Source: Octopus bimaculoides (lineage: Eukaryota). Taken from it: DNA of 50,574 nucleotides. Position numbers and translations under genes: made by a program. The notes beneath the pieces are model-generated. The model searched no databases. It had not been told where the DNA came from and worked only from the letters and a program-made list of their open reading frames with translations. Shown piece after piece: positions 12,237 to 26,295 of the stretch (its first letter is position 1; every line of letters starts with the position of its first letter). The DNA is taken from positions 66,902,294 through 66,952,867 of the forward strand of contig NC_068987.1 in NCBI RefSeq assembly GCF_001194135.2, in the 5' to 3' direction.

Positions 12237-13992
12237 ATACTCTTGTATGCACATATGTGTGTGTGTGTCAGTGTGTGTGTCAGTGTGTGTGTGTGTGTAT
12301 AAAGGAAGTGCAAATGGCCTAAGGGAAATAACTCAGCGTGTCATGTGGCGGGTATTTGAAGAAAAATGGAGTATAAGGAGTGTAAGGGTTTGCTTTATTG
12401 AAATTATGTCAGCTTGCTGAGTAGACTAATAGCTACCTGACACTTAATACCAAAGCCAAAGCATAAGAGGAGACATCATGAATCAAGATTTCTCTAAAAT
12501 TAATGCCATTAAGAAAACAAGAGGAAATCACCTGCCACGTGTTTCTGTCATAGTTAATGTCTCCATCAGTAATTGTTCAGCCACATCTTCAGAGGTCAAA
12601 ACTCTTAGATATATAGAAAAACTGACTAGAACACATTTATGAACAAGGTAATTTGAATAATGAAATGAAAATGAACTAATTCAAAACTTTAGAGTGGCTA
12701 GTGGCAAGCATTTCAACAGTAAAAACGAATAAATCTTGAAACAAAATAGCCTAATCGAAAATAAACATTACGTCGGTTTATGCGAAGTCAGTTTTCAAAA
12801 CCGTTATGCAAATCATCAGCCTTCTTTCTGATATATCAATAAACAATAAAGCCATTAAGTTGGCTAGCCATGTACGGAATCTGAAGGCCAACTGTATGCC
12901 ACTTGCAATCAAGAGGAGCATCGTGAAGAAATCTAAGCCATGTGTAATCAAATAGATGTAAGTTATGCATAGCTGAAAGATCGCACATTCTTCTTATATT
13001 CAGGTATTCCAGATCTGAAAGTTTTAGCAAATGCAAGATGGACAAATTTTTTTTATCAAGCTGGCGGATACCAACCTCCCCGGACTAAGCTGCTGTTTCG
13101 CAGATTTTTGCCTCCACTCCGTTCTACGGAAAAAGGGGGCGAAACTCTTGATTTCCTTTCCTTTTTTTTTTTTTCTCCAACCCCAATATATATATTATTT
13201 TCGTCAGTCCATTGGCAGATTAGTGAATCCTGTTCCCTTTCTCTGAGTTCAAATTTCGTTAAAATCAAATTTGACTTCCTTCTTGGTGGTGATAAAAATA
13301 AGTATCAAATTCATTCAATTTTATTTCTTTATTTTTTTCTCTTTTTTTTTTTCGTCGATACATCCAATACAATGCACTGGATCAAGAGTAAGAGGCTCCA
13401 GAGAATGTTTGTATTTGTTCGTGAAAAGAAGGCTACCTAAAAACAAAAATTTGGAAGAAGCATGATACATGATACTTTCACCAAACCATCTTCAATTGCT
13501 GTTAACGACCATGTTACATAATACTGAAAATATAGTGTAACAGTATTCCTGATTCAATTTATTCAATTTAACATCGCAATTTAACTGAAACCATATAAAA
13601 TAACTAACAGAAACACACACTTACACAAACATAAGCACAAACAAAATATATATACACAAACACACTCACATGCCAACAAACACACACATGCACACATTAC
13701 ACATACACACATACACACACACACATGCACACACACAGTTACTTACACTCCATGCAATATTTCGAAATATTTTATCTGGTAACATTTTGTTTCTATTTGG
13801 TTTCTCTTGTAATTTTTGTCTATATTTTTTGTTTCTTTTCTGTTTGTGTGTCTAAATTTTTGTGCATGTATAATGTGTATTGTATAGGAATTGTGATGTG
13901 TGTACGTGAGTGTGCGTTGTGTATGCATGCATATATGTCTCTGTATATGAGTGTATGTAGAGTGTATATACATACCCGCACATGCACACACA

Positions 13993-14027
<35 letters not shown>

Positions 14028-14154
14028 ACATTTTGGTGTATCTGTGCATTTACACAGATACATATGTATATATGTGTATGTATATATATATGTTATATAT
14101 GAGTTTCTCTGTCTTTGTATTTATGAGATGCCTATATGTGTGCGTGTGTGCGTG

Positions 14155-14161
14155 AGAGAGT

Positions 14162-14208
<47 letters not shown>
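14155..14208. repeat. (GA)n microsatellite
   Basis: Read directly. Confidence 0.95.
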
Positions 14209-14210
<2 letters not shown>

Positions 14211-14370
14211 ATGGCTACCTCCCAAACTGATAACCTTTATCTATTAATTCCAAGAAATGAGCTTTTGGAAACTATTCTTTCCCGGCCATCAATAGCCGAT
14301 CAATTTAATTTTGTCGACTCATTAATCTTCTTCCTTCTCACATTTATTTTCCCTCGCTCACATTCTTTCC

Positions 14371-14403
<33 letters not shown>

Positions 14404-14569
14404 ACTCTCTCTCTTTATGTCCCCTTCTGTCTCTCCATCTCTCTCTCTCTCACTCTTACTCTCTCTCTCTCTCTGTTACACATTAACAGTTTCTTTCATT
14501 AAGTCTTTCATTTCTCTAACATGCATAAGCATAGAACATACAGACTGATTACTTTTCTTCCCTCTTTCC

Positions 14570-14633
14570 TCCTGTCTCTCTGTCTTCCCTCCCTCTCTAT
14601 CTCTCTCTCTCTCCCTCTCTCTTTCTCTCTCTA

Positions 14634-14678
<45 letters not shown>

Positions 14679-14679
14679 A

Positions 14680-14730
<51 letters not shown>
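14570..14730. repeat. Imperfect (TC)n microsatellite
   Basis: Read directly. Confidence 0.95.
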
Positions 14731-14732
<2 letters not shown>

Positions 14733-14789
14733 GAGAGCACACTTCTTTCTGTGCCTCACTCTCACTCTAGCACGTACACTTCTTTATAT

Positions 14790-16933
14790 AGTTCTCCAAG
14801 TCTCAACAACAGTTCACCGTCGTCTATGAAGCACCGGAGATGTTGCAGTCTCAGCGCATGTCTGCGCATCATCAACTACGGCATGCCCAGCCCTCTATTT
14901 AGCGGGTGTTGACAGCAAATGGATCACCTAACTATCGGAATGCTTCCCTTCCACAAAAAGCGGAAGAGTATGCGTTCCAGTTTGGTGATGGTAGGGTCGG
15001 GACAAGGCACAACAGTCAGACGGTAATCGATGACGGATGCGATATACGCGTTCGCCACCTCCGCCCGACCTTTTAGGGATAGCTTCCTCTCGGCTCATTG
15101 CTGGGTGAGAGAGGCCACCCTACTCCTTATCTCGCTCCAGTTCTTCTCCATTTGGAGGTCAATCCGAACCAGACTCCGAGCAATTTAACCGGTTCGTCGG
15201 TCCAGCGTACCACGATTGAGACGCTGTTTGATGGCATGGGCTTGCTGCTCCAGGTGCCGAGCCGCAAGCCCACTGACTTTTCCCGGTTAATATTTGCTCC
15301 CGTAACCGCTTTGTATTCTTTTAGTGTCTCGCTGACCAGGTCTCTATGCCTGTGGCTCGACACTATTACGGTGATGTCGTCCGCGTATGCAGACACGCTC
15401 CTTCCGCATCCCATCTCTCACAGTAGTGGCTCAAGAGTCAATATGTACAGAAGCGACGAGAGGGGGAATCTTTGACGAACCGAACGCGTGATATTAAATG
15501 GTCTGGACAGATGACCATTTACGCGAACTATCGAGCGGATGCCGTTGTATAAAGCAGCGAACCAACCGCGGAAAACGCGACCGAAACCAGCCGCTCTGAA
15601 GACAGCTTCCAAGTAGCGATGGTCTACCCTATCGAAAGCTTTTGATTGATCCAAATTGATCAGCGCCCCACCTATGCCAGCTTCCTTAACTACCTTGTCT
15701 ATAATGTAACGCGTCAGATGGAGGTTGTCATGGATACTCCTACCCGGCTCGAGTAATTTCAGGTATTTCGAGTAATTCGCGCCTTTGTTCATCTGTCAGA
15801 GACCTAATGGTGGCTTGGTGCTTCGTTTCGCTTCCGCCACTTGGGCCTCACGGGCGGCTCCGACTCCTTCGTTCTTCAGAGCACGCATCCTTGCTCTGAC
15901 AACGTATCATTCGTGATTGGCGTTGAAGTGTTGGTTGAGGGCCAACCTCGCCGCCAGGACGTTGGACGCGGTGCCAGTTCTAAGTGCCTCTTCTAATTTC
16001 TTAACTAGGTCTCCCTCTATTCTCTTTCGGTCTAATGCTAGGGCTTTACTGCACCTAACTGATTCTGCTTTAATTGCTTTCTTTAGAGCATACCACCATC
16101 TATTGTTGACGGTGGCTCCCGTCAATGCTCTCTTGACTTATGTGCTAATCCGGTCCCTATAAGCCTGGCGTACCGTGAACGACGCGTTCAGCTTCCAGTA
16201 ACCGGGACACTGAATGTGTCGTATCTAAGTCAAGTTTACAAGTCCCAAATTTGTGATCTGTGTAGCTGACTATATGGAATTGTGGACAACTTACACTATC
16301 CCAATCCACTGTCCTACAGAATACTCGGTCTAAATACGATCTGGACGACTCCATGCGGTTGCCCCATGTCCACATTGGCACATTCAGGTGGTCCAGTCGG
16401 TACCTGTCAGACAGTTGGAAACGTCTGAGCAGGTCTTTGAGGCATTTATATTCCCTCCTATTACTATCTCTGCCTACGTAGTCTAGTTGCGTGTCCAGGG
16501 TAGCGTTCCAATCCCCCACTAAAAGTAAATGTCGAGACGTTCCCAGGAAAACCTCTAGACGTCGAAAGAAATCTGGTCGACTTGTTAAGGGCGGTGCATA
16601 AACTGTTATCAGTCGAAAACCACACCCATTCTGCCATCGACATCCATGAAGACCAACCTACCCTCCGGGTCTAGGAAAATTGCTCTTACTTTGAGGTCCA
16701 GATTCTTCCGAAGAAGCACCGCGGTGGCACCTCCACCCATTCTCGGCAGACACGGAGAAAAATAAATGTCGAAATGTCCGCCGAACATGTGCTAGAGGGC
16801 TCGTGGGCTGTGGAGTCCCTCTCTCGCTGGTGGCTACGATATGCAGATTCTGTGACTTGATGTCATTTAACAGGCAGCCTTGTTTCCAAGGCGACCCCAA
16901 GTCACGTACATTTATACTACTTATTTTAAGCAT
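14790..16933 (-). mobile_element. Tx1/L1-clade LINE ORF2 pseudogene (APE endonuclease plus RT)
   Basis: MLKISSINVR, GDWN, YLDRV (APE); LDQSKAFDRVDH, VRQRFPLS, AYADD (RT); LSLKGRAEV...FRFLWKG...GLGMP (post-RT). Frameshifts, an internal deletion near 15800-15850 and a missing C-terminus. Confidence 0.92.
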
Positions 16934-16996
16934 GTTCCTATCGAAAGTTGTGTTTTACACACGGAAGGAAGACGAAAGAGAAAGAGAGAGAGAGAG

Positions 16997-18500
16997 TCAA
17001 TTACTGTTCGAAAGTTGTTTGTCCTTCACCACACAGTCTTCTCCCAGAAGGTTTTTGTATAGATTTTTAGACAGGTATTTTTGAAATCTCCCTACTGCAT
17101 CCAGGTAGAGAGATTTCAGTGTGTTGTCTATGTTCTGTGATATGTGTATGATTTTAATGTGTTGTGGTGATGTTGTGCGTGGGTGATTCTTTCTTTTGGT
17201 ATCGTTTTCTGTTATGTTGGTGTTTGGCCTAATGTACTCCATTAGGTTTGGATTGTTGGTGTTTATAGCTGTCAACATTGCTGTGGGGTCGATGCTTTTG
17301 TTTTCTGCGGTGTTTTGGTTTCGGAAGTGCTAAACCTCCCTGCTTTGTTTGTCTGCTTCTCTATTCTTTTTTCCACCTGTTTCTCTTTCCCCCTGTAGCC
17401 ACTTGCCAATCCTCTGTGTCGTCTTCATCTGACGACATGTCAGAGGAATCAGAAGATGGGAGGGGAAAGGTATTGGGGGTCAATTTCTGAGTGTGTTGAT
17501 TTGCTGTTAGTGTTGGTGCTGGTTGGTGACAGCTGGAATGTGGTGTATGGGTTTTTGGGGGTGGGGTATGAGTCTTTTTGGTTTTCTCTTCTTTCTTTGG
17601 AGTTGTTGTTGGTGTTAGTGGTGATGGTGTTGTTTCTGTTCTTGGTGGCGCTGGTGGTGGTGTTGTTTGGTTGGGCTGGCTTGTTGGTTGCTGATGTTCC
17701 TTCATTTGTTTGTAGAGCTGTTTAATTAGTTGTGCATATGGCGGTGTGGTTAGCAGTACTGGGTTTTTGCTCAGTTTGTGGTTTTCTTGTGGTTGCTGTT
17801 TCTCGTGATCTTGTGGTTGTCGTTGTTGTTGCTGTTGTTGTTGTTTCTGTTACTGTTGTTGTTATTTCTGTGCTAGGGGGCAATTAATTTTTAAGTGCGT
17901 TTTGCTACCACAAACGTAGTAATGTGGCTTTGTGCCTTCAACGGCCACACGCAAACTCGAATCTTCTGTCAGTCTGATTTGATGTGGAATTTTTTCGAAA
18001 TTCATCGGATCAATATGAGCAAGGATTTCAACTCCTTGACCAATCCAATTTTGCTGGTCCAGGACAGTGATTTGTTTGGCTTTCGAATAAGAGGACGATA
18101 AAAGAAGTAAATACATTCGAAGCGCAAGTGGTCAGTTGTATTGATCCAGGGCAACTGCAAGTCTCTGCTGAAGATAAAAAGTTGAAAAGGGTAAATGACG
18201 AGGAGAATGGAACCTATTTTTGTACAGCCTCCACTTACCAGAATGAAGTTTGAGTTAAGTGCATGGAAACTAGAGACGGAATAATGATAAATATCAGGAT
18301 ACTTATGCCTTAAAGAGAAATATAGTGTATGTTTTGTTAGTTAATATGATGCGGTATGTAGAGTCTTGGTTTAAAACGGAGTTTACGAATTTTTGAGAAG
18401 ATGAATTGTTCAACTGGTTTAACTTTAGTCAGTTTGCGGCATTAAGAGAAGTGTAAAGCGTGTTGGTGCCCTGTGAATTCATCTTAATCCTTTGCCAGCT
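16997..18500 (-). mobile_element. Tx1/L1-clade LINE ORF1 pseudogene
   Basis: Directly upstream of ORF2 on the same strand. Decayed zinc knuckle YYVCGSKTHLKINC (C-X2-C-X4-H-X4-C with first C to Y) and a low-complexity T/P/Q region. 5' boundary is approximate. Confidence 0.75.
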
Positions 18501-20622
18501 AGGAGTCTAATTCAGTTGCTTGCAACAGTGAGAACTCTGCACTCAGGGGGTGGGGGCCATGTGATGCTGTTTAATCCAGTGGCATGTTCTACTTACCCCC
18601 TCCAAAAAAGCGATTTTCTACGCAATTCACAACATAATAGCTTTTTTAAAATGGCAACCTAGAGTTAAGCAACATGAGCAGACACACACACACAAACACA
18701 CACACACAAACACACACACACAAACACACACACACACACATACACATGTATATGTATGTGTGATGTGTGTGTGTGTGAGTTACGAATATATGGATTAGTT
18801 TCTTGATAATTATTGAAAGATATAAAATTTCACATATCTGTATGCACACTTACGTGTATTCGTGTACGCTTGTGTGCGGTGCGTGTATGCGTACGTATGT
18901 ATGTATATGTGTATGCATGTATGTATGCATGCGCAAAATCTTACAGACACCGAACTTTTTTTTAAAGGAAACCATATAATTACGAACACACTATCAATCT
19001 ATGCACACAGTGAAACCCAACCATTTACACTTATCAAATGTTTCAAGAACTGCTGCACGTATTCAGTTACGAAGCTGGTAAACATTAAGATAATAATTGT
19101 TCTTTCTTTTACGTTTTTTCTTCCCCCCCCCCCTTGAAGGTTGTCGATTTTGGTCATGTTTCGTATAGGCAGCAATTCCAAACAATAAAAAAAGAAACTA
19201 ACAATAGGTGTCGATTGTTGCGAGATTTAAAACGAAATATTGAAGTCAGCAGTAGAGGGAGAAGGGAAAGAGGGGAAAAGAGAGTAAGAGTAGTAGTAAT
19301 AGCTGGTGTGGAGATGTAAGGTGAACTAACGTGAGTTGTTTATAATATACACACTCTGTTAGCCTTATTACAGAAAAGAGATAATCTGGTTAGTCCTTTG
19401 GTTTAACGACAGTATCTGTTTGTCAGGGCTACGTTTAAAACGTGTTTGCTAAAAACACATACTTACAAAACTCATCTTTAACGTTCGAACTCCAGGTGGA
19501 ATAATTATAAATAATAATAACAGCCTAGGAATTTTCCTGTCCAAAAGACTTTTTTTAACCCAATATTTACACGCTATCAATTATAGCTTTTCTACATCGA
19601 GTTCCACCGTTAAAAATGAATTGTTTCAATTCTTTTAAAGTTTCTAAATCTTCATGATTTATGTTTACATCATATCTCTTTATAACCAGCCAACATTTAG
19701 TGCGTATATTAATTCATTAAACATTGTTGTTATGTAAATTAATAGCGATAGGTTTAGTTGTATTCGAGGTTGGTATAATTTAAGTAGCGATAAGCTACTA
19801 TTCTCCCTACAAAGAAATGGAATACTCTATTTCTAATGAAGCGGAAAACAATACGTAAAATAATCATATTGGCCGCATTGTTCTGACTACAGTAAAAGCA
19901 TGCAATTTATCCACCGTGTATACTTTCACAGTACTGAAACCAAAAATGTGTTTACCAAATACACATACTCATAACTTTAGCTAATAGCTCTGTATATCCA
20001 AATGCAGGTGTTTCGATTCATTACTAAGCGTTAGTGTTTGAAAAGCCAATTCAGCTATTTATGATTAGATTCAGTTGAACTTTTTTTGTCTTTTACCAAC
20101 ATTATGTGCTTCTCAATGATATCAGCAGATTTTAGTTTTCCGCTGAGCTTTCTCTTTTTATCGAATTTTCGATACTTTTTCTGTGTCAGGGTATGCAATG
20201 TAATTCCTAATGAATTGCAATTCACCTGGGATTTTTTTCAAATCTCATTTTCAAATATTAGATTCCGGGCAAGAGAATTATTGTGTACCTGTTTGAAGAA
20301 CCGAGAAAACTGCAGCACCTCCGTTCACTACTGTTTATTTAGCCATGTTTTGTTTGATCACGGATAAAAATATATAATCACTCTGTATTGCCAGTGTTTG
20401 ATTGAGTTTGATTAGTTTGGTTTTGTTATTTAAGATTATTATGAACTTTATGGCAAGAGAAATGTTGGATTTAGATTTTTGTTGTTCTAATTTTTGAAAT
20501 GAATAAAAATAATCATTTGCAGATTCATACTTAACGTTTAGAATCCAGAATATTCTGTATTTAGAGAAAATTGTCTGTTCTATATTTGAAATTTAAAATT
20601 TTGTTTAATGGCTACTGTTCAC

Positions 20623-21031
20623 CTTTTATCTTTTATCTTTTACTTGTTTCAACCACTAGCCTTTGGCCATGCTAGGGTACTGCCTTGGAACCTATTAGTC
20701 GAACGAATCGATCCCAGCACCTATTCTTTTAAAGCCTGGTACTTATCATATCGATACCTTTCGTTGAACCGGTAAGTTACTTGGATGTAAACAAACTAAC
20801 ACCGGTTGTCAAGCGGTGGTGGGGACAAACACAAACACAAAACAACACACATTGTTATATACATGTTTATATATGACAGACTTCCACGCAGTTTCCGTCA
20901 ACCAAATCTACTCACAAGGCTTTGGTCGGCCCGGGGCTATAGTAAAAGTCACATACCCAAAATATCACACAGTGAGAGTGAGCCCAAAACCATATGGTTG
21001 AGAAACAAAGTTTTTATCACGCAGCCACGCC
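20623..21031 (-). mobile_element. SINE family A, near full length
   Basis: Reverse complement is collinear with 29247-29674. Confidence 0.88.
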
Positions 21032-21446
21032 TTAATTTGTGATAGCATAAATAAAGAACCTGAAGTAAATAATATAGATAAACAGATACTAATCAAATAT
21101 AGTGGTCGATTAAATCCTACAAATCTATTCCCATAAATCTTTAGCTTTAAATCCCCAACTGAGAATATAAAGGGATACAATATAAACTATAATATAAACT
21201 ATAATACTTTTTAAGTCTGCTACATGAAAATATTGATTTCTTAGATTGGCACAGAGCTAAGAGTAGATGCTTTTAGTACAGTTGATGGGTTCGGTGGGAG
21301 ATGCGATCTAACTTGGAAATTCAGAGAAACATGTTAGAAGCCATAAGAAAACCAGAACCAGTAGATATAGAATCTTGATACGTGAATATTTACCAATCAA
21401 ATTAAGTCTTTATTTTAGATTTGGTGTGCAGTTTATGTGTGTGTGA

Positions 21447-21481
<35 letters not shown>

Positions 21482-21721
21482 CATCAGGGTCCTTGGTATA
21501 TGAGTAGCACACTAATGCATCTGACATCTGAGATTTATAGAATTTCAGGAACTGATCAGGGCTGAATCGGTGAGTCGAAGAAGGATGCGGGTATCTGAAA
21601 TGACTAATTCTGACAGTTCTGAATGATTAATGTGAAATTTCTACAATAATGCAAGGCTGGTTCATTTCAATATTTCATTTTCTATTGTAGAAATCTATTG
21701 CTTTTTTGCAGGATATGTATT

Positions 21722-22050
21722 GTAATTGTACAGGCTGCCGTCACTCAAGAGCGAGAATGGCTTGGGAATATGTACCACGTTTTCTCGCATTGTTTTAGGC
21801 GCTTATGTTGCTGTGAGTAGACATACACAGTACCTTGTCCCCTTCTCTCTTGACTCAGCAAAGCTTCCAAGATACAATACCTGGGGGAAGAGAAAGGGCT
21901 GTACAAGCACCTGATTGATAATCAGTACAGCTAAGTAGACATGAGCAAGGTGAAGTGAAGTGCCTTGCTCACGGACACACTTCAACCTTAGTTCAGTAAT
22001 TGAATCTTCAACCTTAGGATCATCAACGAACAGCCTAATCACTAGTCTAC
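21722..22050 (-). mobile_element. Distinct tRNA-derived SINE (family D), possible Nin/Deu-like central domain
   Basis: Degenerate A/B boxes, then gtgtccgtgagcaaggcacttcac, then cagccctttctcttcccccagg...gctgagtcaagagagaagg. A related partial copy lies at ~22700-22917 across a gap. Confidence 0.55.
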
Positions 22051-22435
22051 GCAACTTCAGGTATACAAATGCAACACCATCTTTCCGAACACTGATAGTC
22101 CAGAACGTTATATAATCAGCATTAATTTACTCTATGTACATGTATTTCATTTAATTATGGAAGTAAATTTAATATTTGCTTACCTTAGATTATGTTGATC
22201 AAGGTGATCAACACACTTCATAAGCTCAGAAAAATCAATAACACGGGATGGCTTTAGAACCAAGAGTTCTGGAAAATCGATGTTGCACTTGTATTATAAT
22301 TGTAAGAATACTTTAAACAATTTCACTAACTAAAGCCGCTCGAGTTTAATAATATGAAAAAACATCCGTCAGTCGCAACAGAGTATGATTTCATAGTACT
22401 TACTATGTCTTCATTCAATTTTATTTGGTGCGTAA

Positions 22436-22650
22436 GGCGGCGAGCTGGCAGAAACGTTAGCACACCGGGCGAAATGCTTAACGGTATTTCGTCTCTTTAC
22501 GTTCTGAATTCAGATTCCGCCGAAGTCGACTTTACCTTTCGTCCTTTCGGGGTCGATAAATTAAGTACGAGTATGCAACTAGGGTCGATCTAATCGACTG
22601 GCCCCCTCCCCCCTTAAATTTCGGGCTTTGTGCCTAGAGTAGAAAAGAAT
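22436..22650 (+). mobile_element. SINE family B, full length
   Basis: ggcggcgagctggcagaaacgttagc head, B-box-like aattcagattcc; homologous to 39071-39266 and 41161-41378. Confidence 0.88.
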
Positions 22651-23589
22651 TTTATTTGGTGCGTATGTAGTGACGCGTACAATTAGACATCCACTCGCCT
22701 CCTAACCTTGGTTGACCCAACGGAGCATCGGATGGGGGAAGGGTGACAGAAGAGAGAAAAAGGGCTGTTGCTACTCACTTCCAGCNNNNNNNNNNNNNNN
22801 NNNNNNNNNNNNNNNNNNNNNNNNNNNNNNNNNNNNNNNNNNNNNNNNNNNNNNNNNNNNNNNNNNNNNNNNTGGTATCGAACTCACAACTTATAACCGT
22901 GAGACCAACACCGCTACTCTCATGACCCCGGACCTTTATATATATATATACCTATTAAGAGGTGTATTAAAAATATGTCGTGAAATATTTTTGTTTATTT
23001 CCATTAAAAATTTTGAAACACATAACTTTTCTTGAAGACAATAAATCATGTTCGCTTTGTTTTGTTTTTTTTTAATTAAAGAAAACAATTTAATTTTCTC
23101 TAGATTTATGTACTTTTAATCGTATTACGAATTTATTGAAATTTTCTCTTCGAGCATTTCAATGTATGCAGCATTCCTTGTTTGTTTCGTGCTTTTATAT
23201 GTTTGTTTTCTAACCTTATTTATCATCCATCGTAACTGTCATTTCTTTGACAGTTATAATTAAATATATGATAAACTCTTAGAGCATTTTAATATTTATT
23301 TGATATTTTTTTATCGTTGTTTATGAAACTTCTATGTATGTGAACTTCACTGAGCCAGAAACATAAGTACAACTACCTCAAACACTAAAATAACAATACG
23401 AAAGTAACCTACTTAATGTAATTTCCAACGTAGGTTTCTATAATGGAAGGAGCGACTTTGGGCGATCGACCTGCCGGAAACAACAGCTAAATACGCAACA
23501 AACAACGACTTTGTCTGTTTCTATTTGTTTTTGCAGGACCTCCGAGACCGATGATACTGGTGAATGTTTATCTATTCATCTTCTCCTCT

Positions 23590-24215
23590 CGCTATTCCTG
23601 GAATGGTCGTAGCTGTAGAGTTCTCATGCACCTCATCCATAGGGTCTTTTGAACCTCTGACTGACTTGTGTATTCTTAAGGGCTTGTACCTCTGGAAGGA
23701 TACCAAATCAACGACCATCTGGGCACGATAATGCCAATTTTTAAATAGACACAAGAGAGGGGGTTCTAATCATAGAGGAACTTCCCTTTTGAGCAACCTC
23801 GGTAAAATCTTCGTTAGGCGTCTGGAAAAGAGATGTAGGGAAATTGTCAGACCTAAGCTACCCGAAGAAGAATGTGGCTTCCTCCTAGACCCTAGCACAA
23901 TTTACCAGATATTCAAACTATGGCAGGTCTTGGAGAAATCGAGACAATATTGCCAAGAGTTATATACTTGCTTGTAGACCTCGTAAAAGCATATGGCCGC
24001 GTTCCTGAGCCATGCTGTGGCGGGGTTCACAGGAGTATAGGACTAATGGGCAACTTCTAGTTGCCTTGAAGTTTCTATTTGAATGCCCTGGTATTTGCAT
24101 TCGAGTAAATGGTACTTTCAACGTGAGTGTTGGACTTCAGCACGGGTACGTATTGTCACCTTTTTTCATAATTTTTATGATGTGGATTAACAGACACAGC
24201 TGTTGTGAAAGTGTG
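23590..24215 (+). mobile_element. RTE-clade LINE reverse transcriptase fragment
   Basis: RGTSLLSNLGKIF...EEECGF...VDLVKAYGRVP...VGLQHGYVLSPFFIIFM (RT subdomains 1-4); frameshifted. Confidence 0.8.
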
Positions 24216-25879
24216 CTATTAATGTTTAAAGTCTTTAGAAGTTACGCTTATAGAAAAGATACGAACGTGGAGGAGATCACAGAGGAAACTTTTCTGAGGA
24301 GTAAGGATTGAGTGTAGTGATTTTTGTGGTGTTTGGTGTAACGATGTGGAAAGAGAGAAGTGGTTGGGTAGAGCTTGAATAGAAGAGGCAGAAGACCAGT
24401 TAGCTCTTCAGGAAAACTTAGACTATACTTATAAAAGACCACAACACTTGATGTTGCCCGGGTGTAGACTGTTCTAGAAGAAAAGACGACGTGGTCATGG
24501 TTAATCGTGGTTCTCGCTGTTCTAATCTAACTAACCTGGGGCTGAACAACAACAAAACCAGTGACAAACAGAAGATTTTGACTGCACTATAACCTGATAC
24601 ATCTGTGCCAACAATTAAATACTACACTGCTAAATATATGTGTCAAAGCACTACTAACATGTACTAGTTAATTCATCTCAGTGATTGAGTTTATTTTTAT
24701 TTCAGTATCCTGATTTCCGACACAAATCAATGTACACAATAGTACATCTACTTAGTAGTTCTGTTATTACCATCTTTATTAATATACGCATAGCTGTAGA
24801 GGTCTAATAATGCTAAAACATGTCTGTAGTTGATTTCTGTTGCTGAAAGGATTACAATAATAGTAAATAAGCTGTCTTTCTATTCCTTGCATAAATATTT
24901 CTAATTAGATTTTGATGCTCTCTGCATTAAATATTTTAATATTAACTATTGTTTTTCGTGAAGATGGCGTCTCTGGATAATTAGCCTCAATAATTTATTA
25001 TGTATTTATTTGTTTTGTTGTTTGTCGTTTTTGTTTGTCTTTTTTTTATATGTACTGAATCAACTTTTCTGCATGAGATGTTACTACAGTAAAGTGTGGT
25101 AATATCTCATGCAGAACACATCCAATGAACTGGCGTCTTTGGGGCGAAAAATTCGGAGCTTTGATGGACTGCAACTTCGATTTTTGATGCAACAATAAAT
25201 AACAGAAAGTCTATTGACTGCTCTCTCCTTTGTTAAGTCTAACAACAATTTAATTATGAATATATGTGTGTGTGCGTGTAATTGTGTTCATGTACGTGTA
25301 TGCGCCCTCATGTGTGTGTTGGGGGTGTGGTGATGTGTGTGAAGTTGGCATTTTGCCATATCCGACTATCGATATTCTTCTAATAGCTCTAAGTACATTT
25401 GCTGCATGTTCATAAGTGAATAATGAGACCAATTTTAACCCCGATTTGAATGTATTTAAATAATTTCTACTGAATTCTTCATATACATTCTTTCTGTTCG
25501 TTGTAATGTTTATCTTTATTTAGGAATGTTCGACTCTCAGAAGAATCAAAAGTTTTATCGTACCACCATTAATATTCACTGTTCATTTATATTCCATTGA
25601 ACCTACAACCTGAGTTATATCAGTCTCAAGTAGTTTATTCCTAGCAGTCATATTAATAACAAAGTTCTATTAGTTATCCCATATAAATTTGTGTTCGATA
25701 TCCTTGTATCTCGCTATCTCACGTAATTTTCTCACAGTTGTACGATATAAATCATTCTTATAAGAGTTCTTTGACATCTGGACAACATACTAGATATGTA
25801 TATATATTTTTAGTCGAAAAATAGACTTCACCTATTCGGAACGAAATAAAAGAGTTATTTGTTGGGGATTTTATCTAAC

Positions 25880-26030
25880 AAATGAGCAAGAACTCTGCTG
25901 TTTTATAAATACCACTTGGTTCAAAGGTAATCTGGTTATATGCAGGAGCTAAATCTATCTTTGAAGAAAACTGTAACACCGTGTAGAAATGATGAGAAAT
26001 CTTGAAAGTGGTGAATAGGATTTTTATGAA
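25880..26030 (-). mobile_element. Ty3/gypsy-like RT fragment
   Basis: FSSKIDLAPAYNQITFEPSGIYKTA resembles the gypsy FSKIDLxxAYHQI...DIxKTA motif. Confidence 0.6.
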
Positions 26031-26222
26031 GGCGGTGGCATGGCTAAAACAAATTAAAGAAAGAAAAGAGCATGAGTTTCTTGGTTTGCATATACTGGTC
26101 AATACTTACTGCCAACCAAAATAGGTTTATGAGAAATATACCTGGCATGCTTCAATCCCACATTTTCTCAGATCTACTTCGTAAGTCATTGGAGAAGCAA
26201 GTATGTCTTTTATGTGTGCGCG

Positions 26223-26295
26223 TATGTATGTATGTATGTATGTATGTATGTATGTATGTTTGTATGTATGTATGTATGTATGTATGTATGTATGT
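26223..26295. repeat. (TATG)n microsatellite
   Basis: Read directly. Confidence 0.95.

Noticed and set aside
12520-13440. Minus-strand exon candidates (VLTSEDVAEQLL..., GSLLFTNKYKHSLEPL...)
   Set aside because: Splice signals are plausible but no protein family is recognisable, and such signals arise by chance in AT-rich DNA; RNA-seq is needed.
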